Assembly: GCA_963818475.1 (NCBI GenBank)
Contig: CAWFSF010000001.1
Span: 192,001-256,000 of the forward strand
DNA from: Nitrospirota bacterium
Lineage (GTDB): Bacteria; Nitrospirota; UBA9217
Direction of reading: 5' to 3'
Length of the DNA: 64,000 nucleotides
In this document: positions 51,670 to 61,569 of the stretch, one piece after another
How positions within the stretch are numbered: the stretch's first letter is position 1
How the letters are laid out: each line of letters starts with the position of its first letter
Notes under the pieces: generated by a model
The model's database searches: none
Told to the model about the DNA's origin: nothing
The model's input: the letters and a program-made list of their open reading frames with translations, nothing else
Position numbers and translations under genes: made by a program

Positions 51670-52513
51670 TCATCCTTCGATCCTCTCGCCCGTCAGATTG
51701 ATGAACACATCTTCGAGCGTCGACTCGCGCACAACGATGTCCTCGCACACGTCGCGGCGAAGCGTCGATCGCCTCTTCCCGCGTGGGGAAGAACTTGCGC
51801 GGGATATCGTGCCTGCCGAGGCATTCGAGGGAGTATTTGCCCACGCCTGCCTTGAGCACGGACGGGCGGTCGAGCGCGATGATCCTGCCGGTCTGCATGA
51901 TCGCCACGCGGTCGCACGAGCGCGTCCGCCTCCTCGATATAGTGCGTCGTGAGCAGGATGGTGATGCCCTTCCGTTTCAGCGACTCCAGCAGCCCCCAGA
52001 TCATGCGCCGCGCCTGCGGATCGAGCCCCACCGTCGGCTCGTCCATGAACACCACCTGCGGCCGGTGCATGAGGCCCCGGGCGATCAGGAGCCTCCTGCG
52101 CATGCCGCCCGAGAGATGCTCCACTGGCGTGTCCTTCTTTTCCCAGAGGCCGACGAAGCGCAGAAGCTCCTCGATCCGGCTGGCCCGGTCCGCGGGCTCC
52201 ATCTTGTGGAGCCTGCCGTGGTACTCAAGGTTCTCGGCGCAGGTAAGGTCGATGTCGAGGTTCAGCATCTGCGGCACCACGCCGATGGCCCGCCGGACCT
52301 CGAGCGGGTCGGCCGTGACATCGTAGCCCGCCGACCAGCGCCGTGCCTTCCGACGGTCGTCAGCAGCGTCGTCAGCATGCGGATGGTCGTGGTCTTGCCC
52401 GCCCCGTTCGGCCCCAGGAGGCCGAAGACCTCCCCTTTGCCGACGGAGAAGCTGACGGCGTTGACGGCAGCGAGCGTGCCGAAGTAGCGGGTGAGGTTGG
52501 TGAGCTTGATCAT
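51670..52513 (-). CDS. ABC transporter ATP-binding protein (DrrA/NodI-like; apparent frameshifts)
   Basis: [29 protein letters not shown]. Confidence 0.9.
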
Positions 52514-52540
52514 GAGTTATAAGACCAAATAAAAGGCGTC

Positions 52541-52638
52541 TCTCGCAAAGGCGCAAAGTTCGCAAAGAAAGACAAATCTTTCAGGGTTAAACACCAGGAT
52601 TTAAGGATTTCCTTTGCGTCCTTTGCGCCTTTGCGAGA
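52541..52638. repeat. Periodic inverted-repeat element (CGCAAAG x3 arms)
   Basis: tctcgcaaaggcgcaaagttcgcaaag ... ctttgcgtcctttgcgcctttgcgaga. Confidence 0.9.
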
Positions 52639-52654
52639 AAACTTATTGCCTTTT

Positions 52655-54082
52655 TTAATCGTTCTTCAGTTCGGCTTCCAGTCCCTGTCTCAATCTTCTA
52701 TTTCGATATCCAGCGCCTTGATCTTGCGGTGCAGGTTGCTCCGCTCCACGCCGATCGCGTCCGCGGTCTTGCTCACGTTCCCGTCGCTCTCCTTGAGCTT
52801 CCGAACCAGATACTCCCGCTCGAAGGCGGCCCGCGCCTCTTTCAGCGTCGGAAGTCGCCAGATACGACTCAGTGGTATTCTTCCCTTCCGCTGCTTTCCT
52901 GGCTGCAGCAGTCCTGTTCAGCGGCGGCGGCACATCGGAAACGCGTGATCGTCTGGCCCGGTGACATGATGATGAGCCGTTCGATGATGTTCCGGAGCTC
53001 GCGCACGTTGCCCGGGCCAGTGATAGCGCAGAAAGAGCGCCAGGGCGTCGTCTTCGACGATCTTCGGCTTCTGGCCGTACTCGCGCGAGAACTCCTGCAG
53101 GAAATACCGGACGAGCCGCGGAATATCGTCAATGCGTTCGCGGAGCGACGGCACCTCCAGGGGGATCACGTTCAGCCGGTAGTAGAGGTCCTCGCGGAAA
53201 GTGCCTTTTTTGATCTCCTCCGCAAGGTCCTTGTTCGATGCGGCGATGACGCGCACATCGGCCTTGAGCGTCCTCGTCCCGCCGACGCGCTGGAACTCCT
53301 GCCCTTCGAGCACGCGCAGCACCTTGGCCTGCGTGGCAAGGCTCATGTCCGCGATCTCGTCCAGAAAGATCGTCCCCTTGTCGGCAAGCTCGAACTTGCC
53401 GCGCTTCATGCCGGTCGCGCCGGTGAAGGAGCCCTTTTCGTGGCCGAAGAGTTCGCTCTCGATCAGCTCCTGCGGGATGGCTGCGCAGTTCACTTCCACA
53501 AAAGGCCCGGAAGCGCGTTTGCTCGCGCGGTGAATGGCTCGCGCCACCAGCTCCTTGCCCGTCCCGCTCTCGCCGTGGATCAGCACCCAGCCGTTCGTGG
53601 GCCCGGCGAGCGAGATCTGGTGCTTCAGGGCCGCGATCGCCGCGCTCTCGCCCACGATCTCGTAGCGGCGTTCGATGCTCTTTCTGAGCGACTCGTTCTC
53701 TTCGCGCAGTTTGCGGTCATCCAGCCCGTGCTTGACCGAGAGCAGCACCTGCTCCAGCGCCAGCGGCTTCTGGATGAAATCGTAGGCGCCCATCTTGATC
53801 GTCTTGACCGCGGTCTCGATCTCTCCGTGGCCGGTTATCATGATGACCGGCAGCTCCGGCCTCATCTCCTTGATGCGCCGCAGCGTCTCGATCCCGTCGA
53901 TCCCGGGCTCCATGGAGATGTCGAGCATGACGATGGAAGGCTGCGCCTCCTGCAGAAGATCGAGCCCTTCCTGACCCGAAGCCGCGGTCGCGATCTCGTA
54001 CCCCTCGTCGGCCAGCACGCCTGCCAGGCGTCTTCCGGATGCTCTCTTCATCGTCAATGATCAGTACTGTTGGGCCGGGCAT
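52655..54082 (-). CDS. Sigma54-interaction response regulator, NtrX-like (apparent frameshifts)
   Basis: Receiver domain (LIIDDE), GESGTGKE, ELFGHEKGSFTGA, C-terminal Fis-type HTH. Confidence 0.9.
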
Positions 54083-54141
54083 ATGGTTTCCTTATGGTTC
54101 AAGATTCTAAGTCACCTGGGACTTGTCGCCTGCTTCTCAGC

Positions 54142-54250
54142 GACGCAGATGAACGCAGATTTAAAAACAATTCAGGCCTAATCATCCGCGAATGCACTCA
54201 AATAGACGCCAATATTCTTTCTGAATTCGCGTTTATTCGCGTGCATTCGC
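54142..54250. repeat. Periodic inverted-repeat element(s) (CGCAGAT / CGCGAAT types)
   Basis: gacgcagatgaacgcagatt ... cgcgaatgcactcaaatagacgccaat ... attcgcgtttattcgcgtgcattcgc. Confidence 0.8.
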
Positions 54251-54270
54251 TCAGGTTTCCAATCTTCGCT

Positions 54271-55391
54271 TCACCTCTTTAATCCCTTTCCCAACAACTC
54301 CACCACCCGGTCGATCTCCGCCTCCGTCGTTTCCCTGCCGAGACTGAACCGTATCGCCCCCCGTGCGAGCGAAAGGTCCGTACCCATGGCAACCAGCACA
54401 TGCGAAGCCTGGACCGTATCGCCGTGACAGGCGGCTCCGGGCGAAACGGCAATGCCCGTTAAGACCTCCATCACCTCGGACGCGTTGTGGCCTTCGAAAC
54501 TGATATTCCAGGTATTAGGAAGCTTTTTCTCTGGATGGCCGTTCAGATGCACCTTCAGTCCTGCGCGCTGAAGCCCTTCGAACAAACGCTTGCCCAGCTG
54601 TATCTGGCGATTGCCTTCAACATCGAGCAGCGGCATGGCTGCCATGGCAGCGGCGCCGAGTCCAACGATGAAGGCCGCATTCTCCGTGCCGGGCCGCAGG
54701 CCCCGCTCGTGTCCCGCGCCGTGCATGAGCGGTTCCAGTTTCCGTCCGGACCTGATATAGAGCGCGCCGATGCCTTTGGGCGCATAGAACTTGTGGCCTG
54801 CCACGGTCAGGAAGTCCACGCCGAGATCATCCACTTGCACGCGTACTTTCCCCACGCTCTGCGCTGCATCCGTATGGAATGGAATGTTCTGGGACGATGC
54901 GATCCGGCTAAGCTCCTTTGATGTCCTGGACCGTCCCCACCTCGTTGTTCGAATGCATGATCGAGATAAACGCCGTATCCGGAGTGATCGCCTTCACGAG
55001 ATCACCGGGAGCTACTATCCCGTATTTATCAACAGGCAGATAGGTCACCTTATATCCAAGGCGCTCGAGGTAGCGGCACGGTGCCAGCACCGCAGGGTGC
55101 TCTATTTGGGACGTGATGAGGTGCTTTCCTGCCTTCTAGCATGGCGATCCCGTTGATCACCATGTTGTTCGACTCGGTCGCACCGCTCGTAAAGATGATC
55201 TCCGAGGATTCGCATCCCAAAAGGAGCGCCAGCCGCTCCCGCGCCTGCTCGATGCCCGCCCTGATCGCGACGCCGAAGCTGTGGCTGCTCGACGGGTTGC
55301 CGTACTTCTGCTTGAGATAGGGCAGCATCTCGTCCAGGACCTGCGGGGCGATCGGCGTACTTGCGTTATAGTCGAGATAGATTGGGTTCAT
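54271..55391 (-). CDS. Cysteine desulfurase-family PLP enzyme (apparent frameshifts)
   Basis: IYLDYNAST, YGNPSS, NNEVGT, HTDAAQ, GHKFYAPKG, GAACH. Confidence 0.9.
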
Positions 55392-55414
55392 GGGTATCCT
55401 TCCGGATTACTCGC

Positions 55415-55443
55415 CGTCATTACGAACGAAGCGAAGCAATCTC
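55415..55443. repeat. Short GTCATTRCGA..CGAAGCAATCT repeat remnant
   Basis: cgtcattacgaacgaagcgaagcaatctc resembles, from memory, a widespread palindromic intergenic repeat; single copy here. Confidence 0.45.
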
Positions 55444-55483
55444 GTGTTCCTCTTTGAAGGCCGTAAATATTTATTTTGTTGTC

Positions 55484-56065
55484 TCAGACGATTGTGCTCA
55501 TCACAAGCGACTCAAGGAAATACTCCCCGAGGTTCATAACACCGACCAGGACCGCTGCCGCGAGAAACGATGCAACAGCATATCCTGCTGATTGTTTTTT
55601 CGACGTTCCCGCTACACCTGCGATGCCAAGATACAGAAGATAGATGCTGTACAGCATCGCCGCATAGATCGCCCAGCCCATCTTCGGAATGACCGAGATG
55701 AACCCGGCAATAAAAAGCGGCGTGAACGAGTATGCCGCGACTTTGAATCCCTGGAGGCCGGCCCATCGAGCATCAGGAGCCGTGACGATCGCGGTAATGA
55801 CCGCACCGACGACCATGACGTTCAAGACATACATGCAGTACCAAAGCAGATTGGTTATCAGGAGATGGGCAAGAGCGTTGTCGGGAAGGTTCTTACTAAA
55901 GACAAAGCTGCCGGCGATCACTGCCAGCGGCGGGATTGCGGCAAGGGGGGCGACATATTTCAGGAGAAGATCCGCATAGGCGACCGGCTCATCTCTGATC
56001 ATCTGCCACTCATCCCGGGGATGGACAAGGATTTGCAGCATGCGGTTCAGGATCGTTCTCATCAC
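55484..56065 (-). CDS. Yip1-family membrane protein
   Basis: ILVHPRDEW, AAYSFTP, YSIYLLYLG. Confidence 0.85.
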   Translation of the reverse strand: MMRTILNRMLQILVHPRDEWQMIRDEPVAYADLLLKYVAPLAAIPPLAVIAGSFVFSKNLPDNALAHLLITNLLWYCMYVLNVMVVGAVITAIVTAPDARWAGLQGFKVAAYSFTPLFIAGFISVIPKMGWAIYAAMLYSIYLLYLGIAGVAGTSKKQSAGYAVASFLAAAVLVGVMNLGEYFLESLVMSTIV

Positions 56066-56084
56066 GATAGTACCCCGCTCCGCA

Positions 56085-57786
56085 CTATGCCATGCCCCGG
56101 GCGATCATTTCCTGGGCATGCTTGATGGTCGCGTCGGTGATGGTCTTGCCGCCGAGCATGCGCGCGATCTCGTCGACCCGCTCCTGCTTGTCCAGCAGCC
56201 TGACCTCGGTGCTCGTCCGGTCCTTTTTCACGGACTTGGACACGCCGTAGTGGCTGGCTGCCATGCTCGCGATCTGCGGCAGATGGGTGATGCAGAAGAC
56301 CTGGCGCTTCGCCGCCACGCGCTTCAGCTTTTTCCCGACCTCTTCGGCCACCGCGCCGCCGATGCCGGCGTCCACCTCGTCGAACACCAGGGTCGGGATG
56401 GGGTCTCCCTCGACGAGGATGGTCTTGAGCGCCAGCATGATGCGCGAAAGCTCGCCGCCTGATGCGGTCTTGGCAAGCGGCTTCGGCTCCTCGCCGGGGT
56501 TGGGAGAGATCAGGAACTCCACGCGGTCGGCGCCGCGCGGTCCGAGCTTGTGGCCGTCGAGCGTGTCGTCGCCTGCCTCCTGCGTGATCTTGACGGTAAA
56601 GATCGTCTTTTTCATGCCGAGATGCGTAAGCTCCGCCTCGACCTTCTTCTCAAGATCGCGCGCTGCCGAGCCCCGCTTTTTCGTCAGCTGCTGCGCTTGC
56701 GAGGTCAGGCCGGACTTGATCGTCTGAACTTCCTTCTGCAGGCGCGCGATCTCTTCGGTGCTTCGCTCCATGCGCTCGAGCTCCGCTGCCGCCTGCTCGC
56801 CGAAGGCAATGACCTCGTCGATGGTGCCGCCGTATTTCTTCTTGAGCTTCTGGATCAGGTCCAGCCGGTCGCCGATCTGCTCCAGCCGGTCGGGATCGAA
56901 CTCGACCTTCCCGGCATAGGCAGATACTTCGCGCGCCGCTTCTTCGATCTGGGCGCGGCCTGCTTCGCAGAGCTCCAGCACCGGCGCCAGCCGGCTGTCG
57001 ATGGCAGCGATCTCGCGAAGGCTGTTAACGGCCTTCTTGAGCTCGGTCAGCACTGCGTGGTCTGCGGAATAGAGCACCTCGTCGGCAGCACGGGAAAGGC
57101 CGGCGATCTTTTCCGAGTTGGCAAGCAGCTTCTGCTCGTTCGCAAGCGCTTCGTCCTCGCCTGGCTTCAACGGTGAGGCCTCGATCTCGTTCTTCTGGAA
57201 ACGAAGCATGTCCTCGCGCTGCGCCCGGTCGCGCTCCCCGGTCTCAAGCTCCGCAAGCTCTTTTCTGATCTCCTGCAAGCGGCGATAGGCCTGGAACAAA
57301 GCCTCGCGGAGCGCATCGAGGCTGCCGAAGGAATCGAGCATTTCCATCTGGCGCTCCAGGGACAGGAGCGACTGATGCTCGTGCTGACCGTGGATGTCGG
57401 CCAGATGTCGCGCCGAGCGCAGACAGCGTGGCAAGGTTGGCCAGGCTGCCGTTGATGTAGACCTTGTTCTTGCCCGATGCCGCAAGCACCCGGCGGATGA
57501 TCAGGTCCTCGCCGGACTCCATCTCGATCCCCTGCTCGCCGAGCAGGTCCTTGACCTCTTTCGTTGCGCGGCCGTTCAGCTCGAACGCCGCTTCCACGAC
57601 CGCTTCCTGGCAGCCCGTCCGGATCAGGTCCGCGCTGGCACGCTCGCCGAGCGCAAGGTTCAGGGCATCGACGACGATGGACTTGCCCGCGCCGGTCTCG
57701 CCGGTGAACACGTTCAGCCCCGCGGTGAATTCCACGCGGAGCTGGTCGATGATGGCAAAATTCTTTATGTTCAGTTCTTTTAACAA
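56085..57786 (-). CDS. recN: DNA repair protein RecN (apparent frameshift near 57400)
   Basis: TGETGAGKS, IHGQHEHQ, ASGGELSR, FDEVDAGIGG, ITHLPQ. Confidence 0.96.
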
Positions 57787-57804
57787 CGGGTGCCGCTCCC
57801 CTTG

Positions 57805-58377
57805 CTACTTGCCCCTTGCAACTTCTCGCACATTCTCAGCCTTCTTCAGTGCGAACTGCCCCTGTGTGGATTTGCCGTTCCCTCCGGCTTTTTTGTAATA
57901 CTGCAGGGCCAGTTCTTTCTTCCCCTGCTGTTCGCAGGAACGGCCTGCCCAGTAGTACGCCGTACTGACCCACATGCCTGCCTCGGGATAGAGCTCCGGG
58001 ATCTTCAGAAACTCGCTCACTGCCTGATCGTGCCGGCCCAGAAGAAAATTGCAGAACCCGATCCAGTACCGGGTCCCGGGCTGGGCAGCGCGGTCCTGAT
58101 CGGCAAGTGCGGCCTGATAGGCATGGATGGCGTTCTGGTACGAACCGAGCCGGTAATAACTGTCGCCGATCCTGGTATACACATCACTGGCAGGGATCTC
58201 TTCTGAAAAGGAGGAAAGGACCAGCTCGTACAGCGGGAGCGCTTCATTATACTGCGCTGAAGAGAAGAGCGCATTTGCTTTTTTATAATTATCGGCTGCA
58301 GAAGTTTCGCTGGACGCGAACGTTTCTCCGCACGGCAGGAATGCAGCTATGATCAACAGAACAAGCGCTTTTCTCAT
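57805..58377 (-). CDS. Exported TPR-repeat protein
   Basis: Signal peptide followed by several TPR-like helical repeats. Confidence 0.8.
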   Translation of the reverse strand: MRKALVLLIIAAFLPCGETFASSETSAADNYKKANALFSSAQYNEALPLYELVLSSFSEEIPASDVYTRIGDSYYRLGSYQNAIHAYQAALADQDRAAQPGTRYWIGFCNFLLGRHDQAVSEFLKIPELYPEAGMWVSTAYYWAGRSCEQQGKKELALQYYKKAGGNGKSTQGQFALKKAENVREVARGK

Positions 58378-58478
58378 GCGGCCCCCTGAAAACTGTTGCA
58401 AATTTACCACAAACCATGGGGGTATTCAAGAATAATCTAGGACATGCTCTGTTCTGCACGAGACACAAAAAAGCGGCA

Positions 58479-58613
58479 TTGGACACAGATCAAATCGGGT
58501 AAGAACCGGATAAAGTCGGATTTTTTGGGAAGGAGCTTCACCTCTTTTTGTGAGGATTCCATTCTCGTTTTTTCCGCCTTTATCAGACGTTAATCCGAAC
58601 CTTCCGTGTCCAA
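58479..58613. repeat. Periodic inverted-repeat element (TTGGACAC type)
   Basis: ttggacacagatcaaatcgggtaagaaccggataaagtcgga ... tccgcctttatcagacgttaatccgaaccttccgtgtccaa. Confidence 0.8.
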
Positions 58614-58652
58614 ATGATTTGTTTTTGAAGAACTGCGCTTGCAGGTAAGGAG

Positions 58653-59285
58653 CTACAGCGGATTGATGCGGATGGAGGCCGTGCTTCGCAAGTCAGCCAG
58701 GTACTGCTCTAGCTGCTTGCCCGTCTCCTGGTCCATGAGGAAGGCCGTTATCTGTTTTTGCACTTCCGGGAACTCTTTGCCCTGGAACTGGGCTGCATGG
58801 GAATCGAAGTAGCGCTGGGCTTCCTCGCGGCCAATGCGGATGTACAGGCCGATCTTCTTTTCAATGAAGCGCTCCACCAAAAGCCGGTCGCCCATCATGC
58901 GCTCCAGGTCCTGGCTGGATAGACGGGAGTTGGACAGGAATGCATCGAACGCCTCGGCCGACCCCAGCCGTTTCTTGAATGCTTCGACCTGGGCCCGCCT
59001 GTCCTGCTCGGACAGCATCGACGAACTTGAGCCGCCGCGCCTCCTGGAGCAGCAACAGCCGGTTGATCAGACCGTCTCGCGTTTCCTCTTTCAGCCGGTT
59101 CCGGTCCTGCGCAGGCCCCGACAGTGCCTCGTTGATGCTTACCGCCTGCTCAAGATCGCATGGCCGTGATGACGTCGTTATTGACCGCGGCCACGATGTG
59201 GTCGATCCGCTCCGCCTGCGCAATGGAGAATCAGGAAGAGACCGAAGAGTCCGGCGAAAAAGGCCGTCAACAACAGCCTCTTCAC
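58653..59285 (-). CDS. SurA N-terminal-domain-like periplasmic chaperone (apparent frameshifts)
   Basis: RIDHIVAAVNNDVIT, LINRLLLLQEARRL, YLADLRSTASIRI. Confidence 0.7.
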
Positions 59286-59294
59286 TCCCCTATC

Positions 59295-59370
59295 AACCGC
59301 GAATGAACGCGAATAGACGCTGATAATTTCTTTTTTCTTGATTCGCGTTCATTCGTGTTCATTCGCGGTT
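59295..59370. repeat. Periodic inverted-repeat element (CGCGAAT type)
   Basis: aaccgcgaatgaacgcgaatagacgc ... attcgcgttcattcgtgttcattcgcggtt. Confidence 0.88.
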
Positions 59371-59410
59371 CCAACGCCTCTCCGCTGTTTGTATTCAATC
59401 CGCACTGGAA

Positions 59411-61343
59411 TCATCCTTCTTTCAGGTCCGTCATCTTGACGCCCTTGAGATAGTCCACGGTCTTTTCCTTCTTGATCCCCTCAAGCCGCTTCACGATCTC
59501 GGCGATCCTGAGCGCGTTGTTCAGGATCGTTTCAAGGCGCACGAACAGGTCTTTGTCCTTGTCCTCGTAGCGTTCCATCAAAAGCTCGATATTGCCGATG
59601 ACCGTGGTGAGCGGGTTGTTGATCTCATGCCGCACCGCCACGCCCACCTGGCCGATGGCCCCCACCCGCTCGGCCTTGACGAGCATCTCCCTCAGGTGCT
59701 TCTGCTCCGTCACATCGCGCGCAGACAGCTGGTAGCCGACGGCGACGCGGTTCTCGAACATCGCGCGCGCGCTCACTTCTACATAGGCGTGGCTGCCGTC
59801 CCGCTTCAGCACTTCAAGCTCCACGATCCTCCGCATGCCGGCGCGCTCACCGAGGAGCCTCTTGCGGGCCGCGTCCGCGCTCTCGGTGGTCAGAAAATCG
59901 AAGACGCTCTTGCCGTGCAGCTCTACCTTGGAGTAACCCAGAAATTTTTCCGCCGACCGGTTGACCGCGGTAAAGTGTCCTTCCCCATCCATGGTAAACA
60001 GAATATCGCGTGCGTTCTCGAAGAGGTCCCAGAACTTTTCGCTCGATTCCTTCACCTCGACGTAGAACCGGAAGTTCTCGATCGCCATGCCGAGCTGGGC
60101 GCCGATGGAGTCAAGCATCTGGATGTCCGAGGGCTGCAGGGTAAACTCTGTGGTCGGGTAGAGGAACATGACGCCGAGCACCACGCCGCGCGATTTGATC
60201 GGGACGATAACGTGGGCATGGTCGGTGCCGCCCGGCCTTCCGGCTATGGCGCGGGTCCTTGCACCCCTGTTCGGCGAACAGCAGTTCACCGCTCTGGGCG
60301 ACCATGCCGCACAGACACTCACCCATCTGGATGGTCTGTTCGTGCTCGACGAAGTCCGCGGGCAGCCCCTGCTGGACCACGAGGCGCAGCTGCCTGCCGT
60401 CAGGCTCGACCAGAAAAATTCCGCCCTGCGGTTGCATGTTCGTCAGGCTGCGCATGATCACGGCCAGCGAGTTCTGGAGCACCGCGGACAGGCTGCCGGC
60501 CTGTCCCAGGGTCAGGGCAACGGAATTGAGGGCGCTGATCTCCCTCGTCCGGTCGGAAAGCCGCTGTTCCAGCTCGGCGTAGGATTGTTTCAGTTTCTGC
60601 GCCATGTCGTTGAAGCGCTGGCCGAGCTTGCCGATATCGCTTTCCGAGTAGATCCTCATCTGGTAGTCAAGGTTTCCCTGGCTGATCGCCCGGGTCCCGT
60701 TCCAGAGCTCGTACAGAGGGACCGACACCGTGCGGTGAATATAGACGCCAAACCCCGCAAGAAAGGTGACCGCCGTTGCCAGGATGACGAGGAACAGCAA
60801 GTTGATCCTTGTCTTGGTGGCATGAAGTTTGTCCATGATGGCGCCCAGCTGGAGTGTGCTTTCTTCTTTAAAAACGTCGATGTCCCGGCTGGTCATCGCC
60901 ATGGTCAGGTCAAGTTCGCTCAGCAGGGACTGCACCAGCACCCGGTTCCTGCCGTGCGGATCGTCGACCGAAAAGATCCGGGACGAATTTTTATCGACCG
61001 TTTCAAGATCGACGCTGAGCCTGGAAAGGAGGTCCTTTTCCCTGCTGCTGAGATCCAGTTTCTCTATATCACCGACCATCTGATGCGCATCAAAACGCGA
61101 AAGTTCGAAGCTGTTCCGGGCCCGGATATCGCTGGTCGCAGCATAGCGACGGGCGGACCGTGACATCTCCTCCACCTGTTTCTCGATCTCCCAGATCTTC
61201 TGAAACTCGACCGAGACATGGCTGACCGCCTGCGTGGTGAGCGAAAAGACCGAGGTCATGTTCAGGAGGGAGAGCACGGCTATCGTCAGGATCAGCAGTA
61301 TGCCGAAGCCGACGAGCCCTATGAGCCTTCGTTGTATCCTCAT
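59411..61343 (-). CDS. Membrane sensor with HAMP-GAF-PAS-HisKA domains and no ATPase domain (apparent frameshift near 60230)
   Basis: Two TM helices, HAMP (DIGKLGQRFNDM), GAF (CLCG), PAS, H-box RHEINNPLT; stop about 60 aa later. Confidence 0.8.
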
Positions 61344-61412
61344 GGTTTGCCTGGAAAATTCACTTACGTTATTCCGTACGACCTGACTCGAACAAGCCGG
61401 ATTAGAATCTTC

Positions 61413-61500
61413 GACAGGATAACGGTCACCGACCACAGGCACGATAAAATCCGATAAAAAAATTTCATCCCGAAAATCCTGTCAATCCTGTTATCCTGTC
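61413..61500. repeat. Periodic inverted-repeat element (GACAGGAT type)
   Basis: gacaggataac ... atcccgaaaatcctgtcaatcctgttatcctgtc. Confidence 0.7.
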
Positions 61501-61569
61501 CGGACTTTGCTTGATGTCCGACTGATGAATAATACCACTGTTCAGCGCACCCGTCCAGTACCGCACCCG

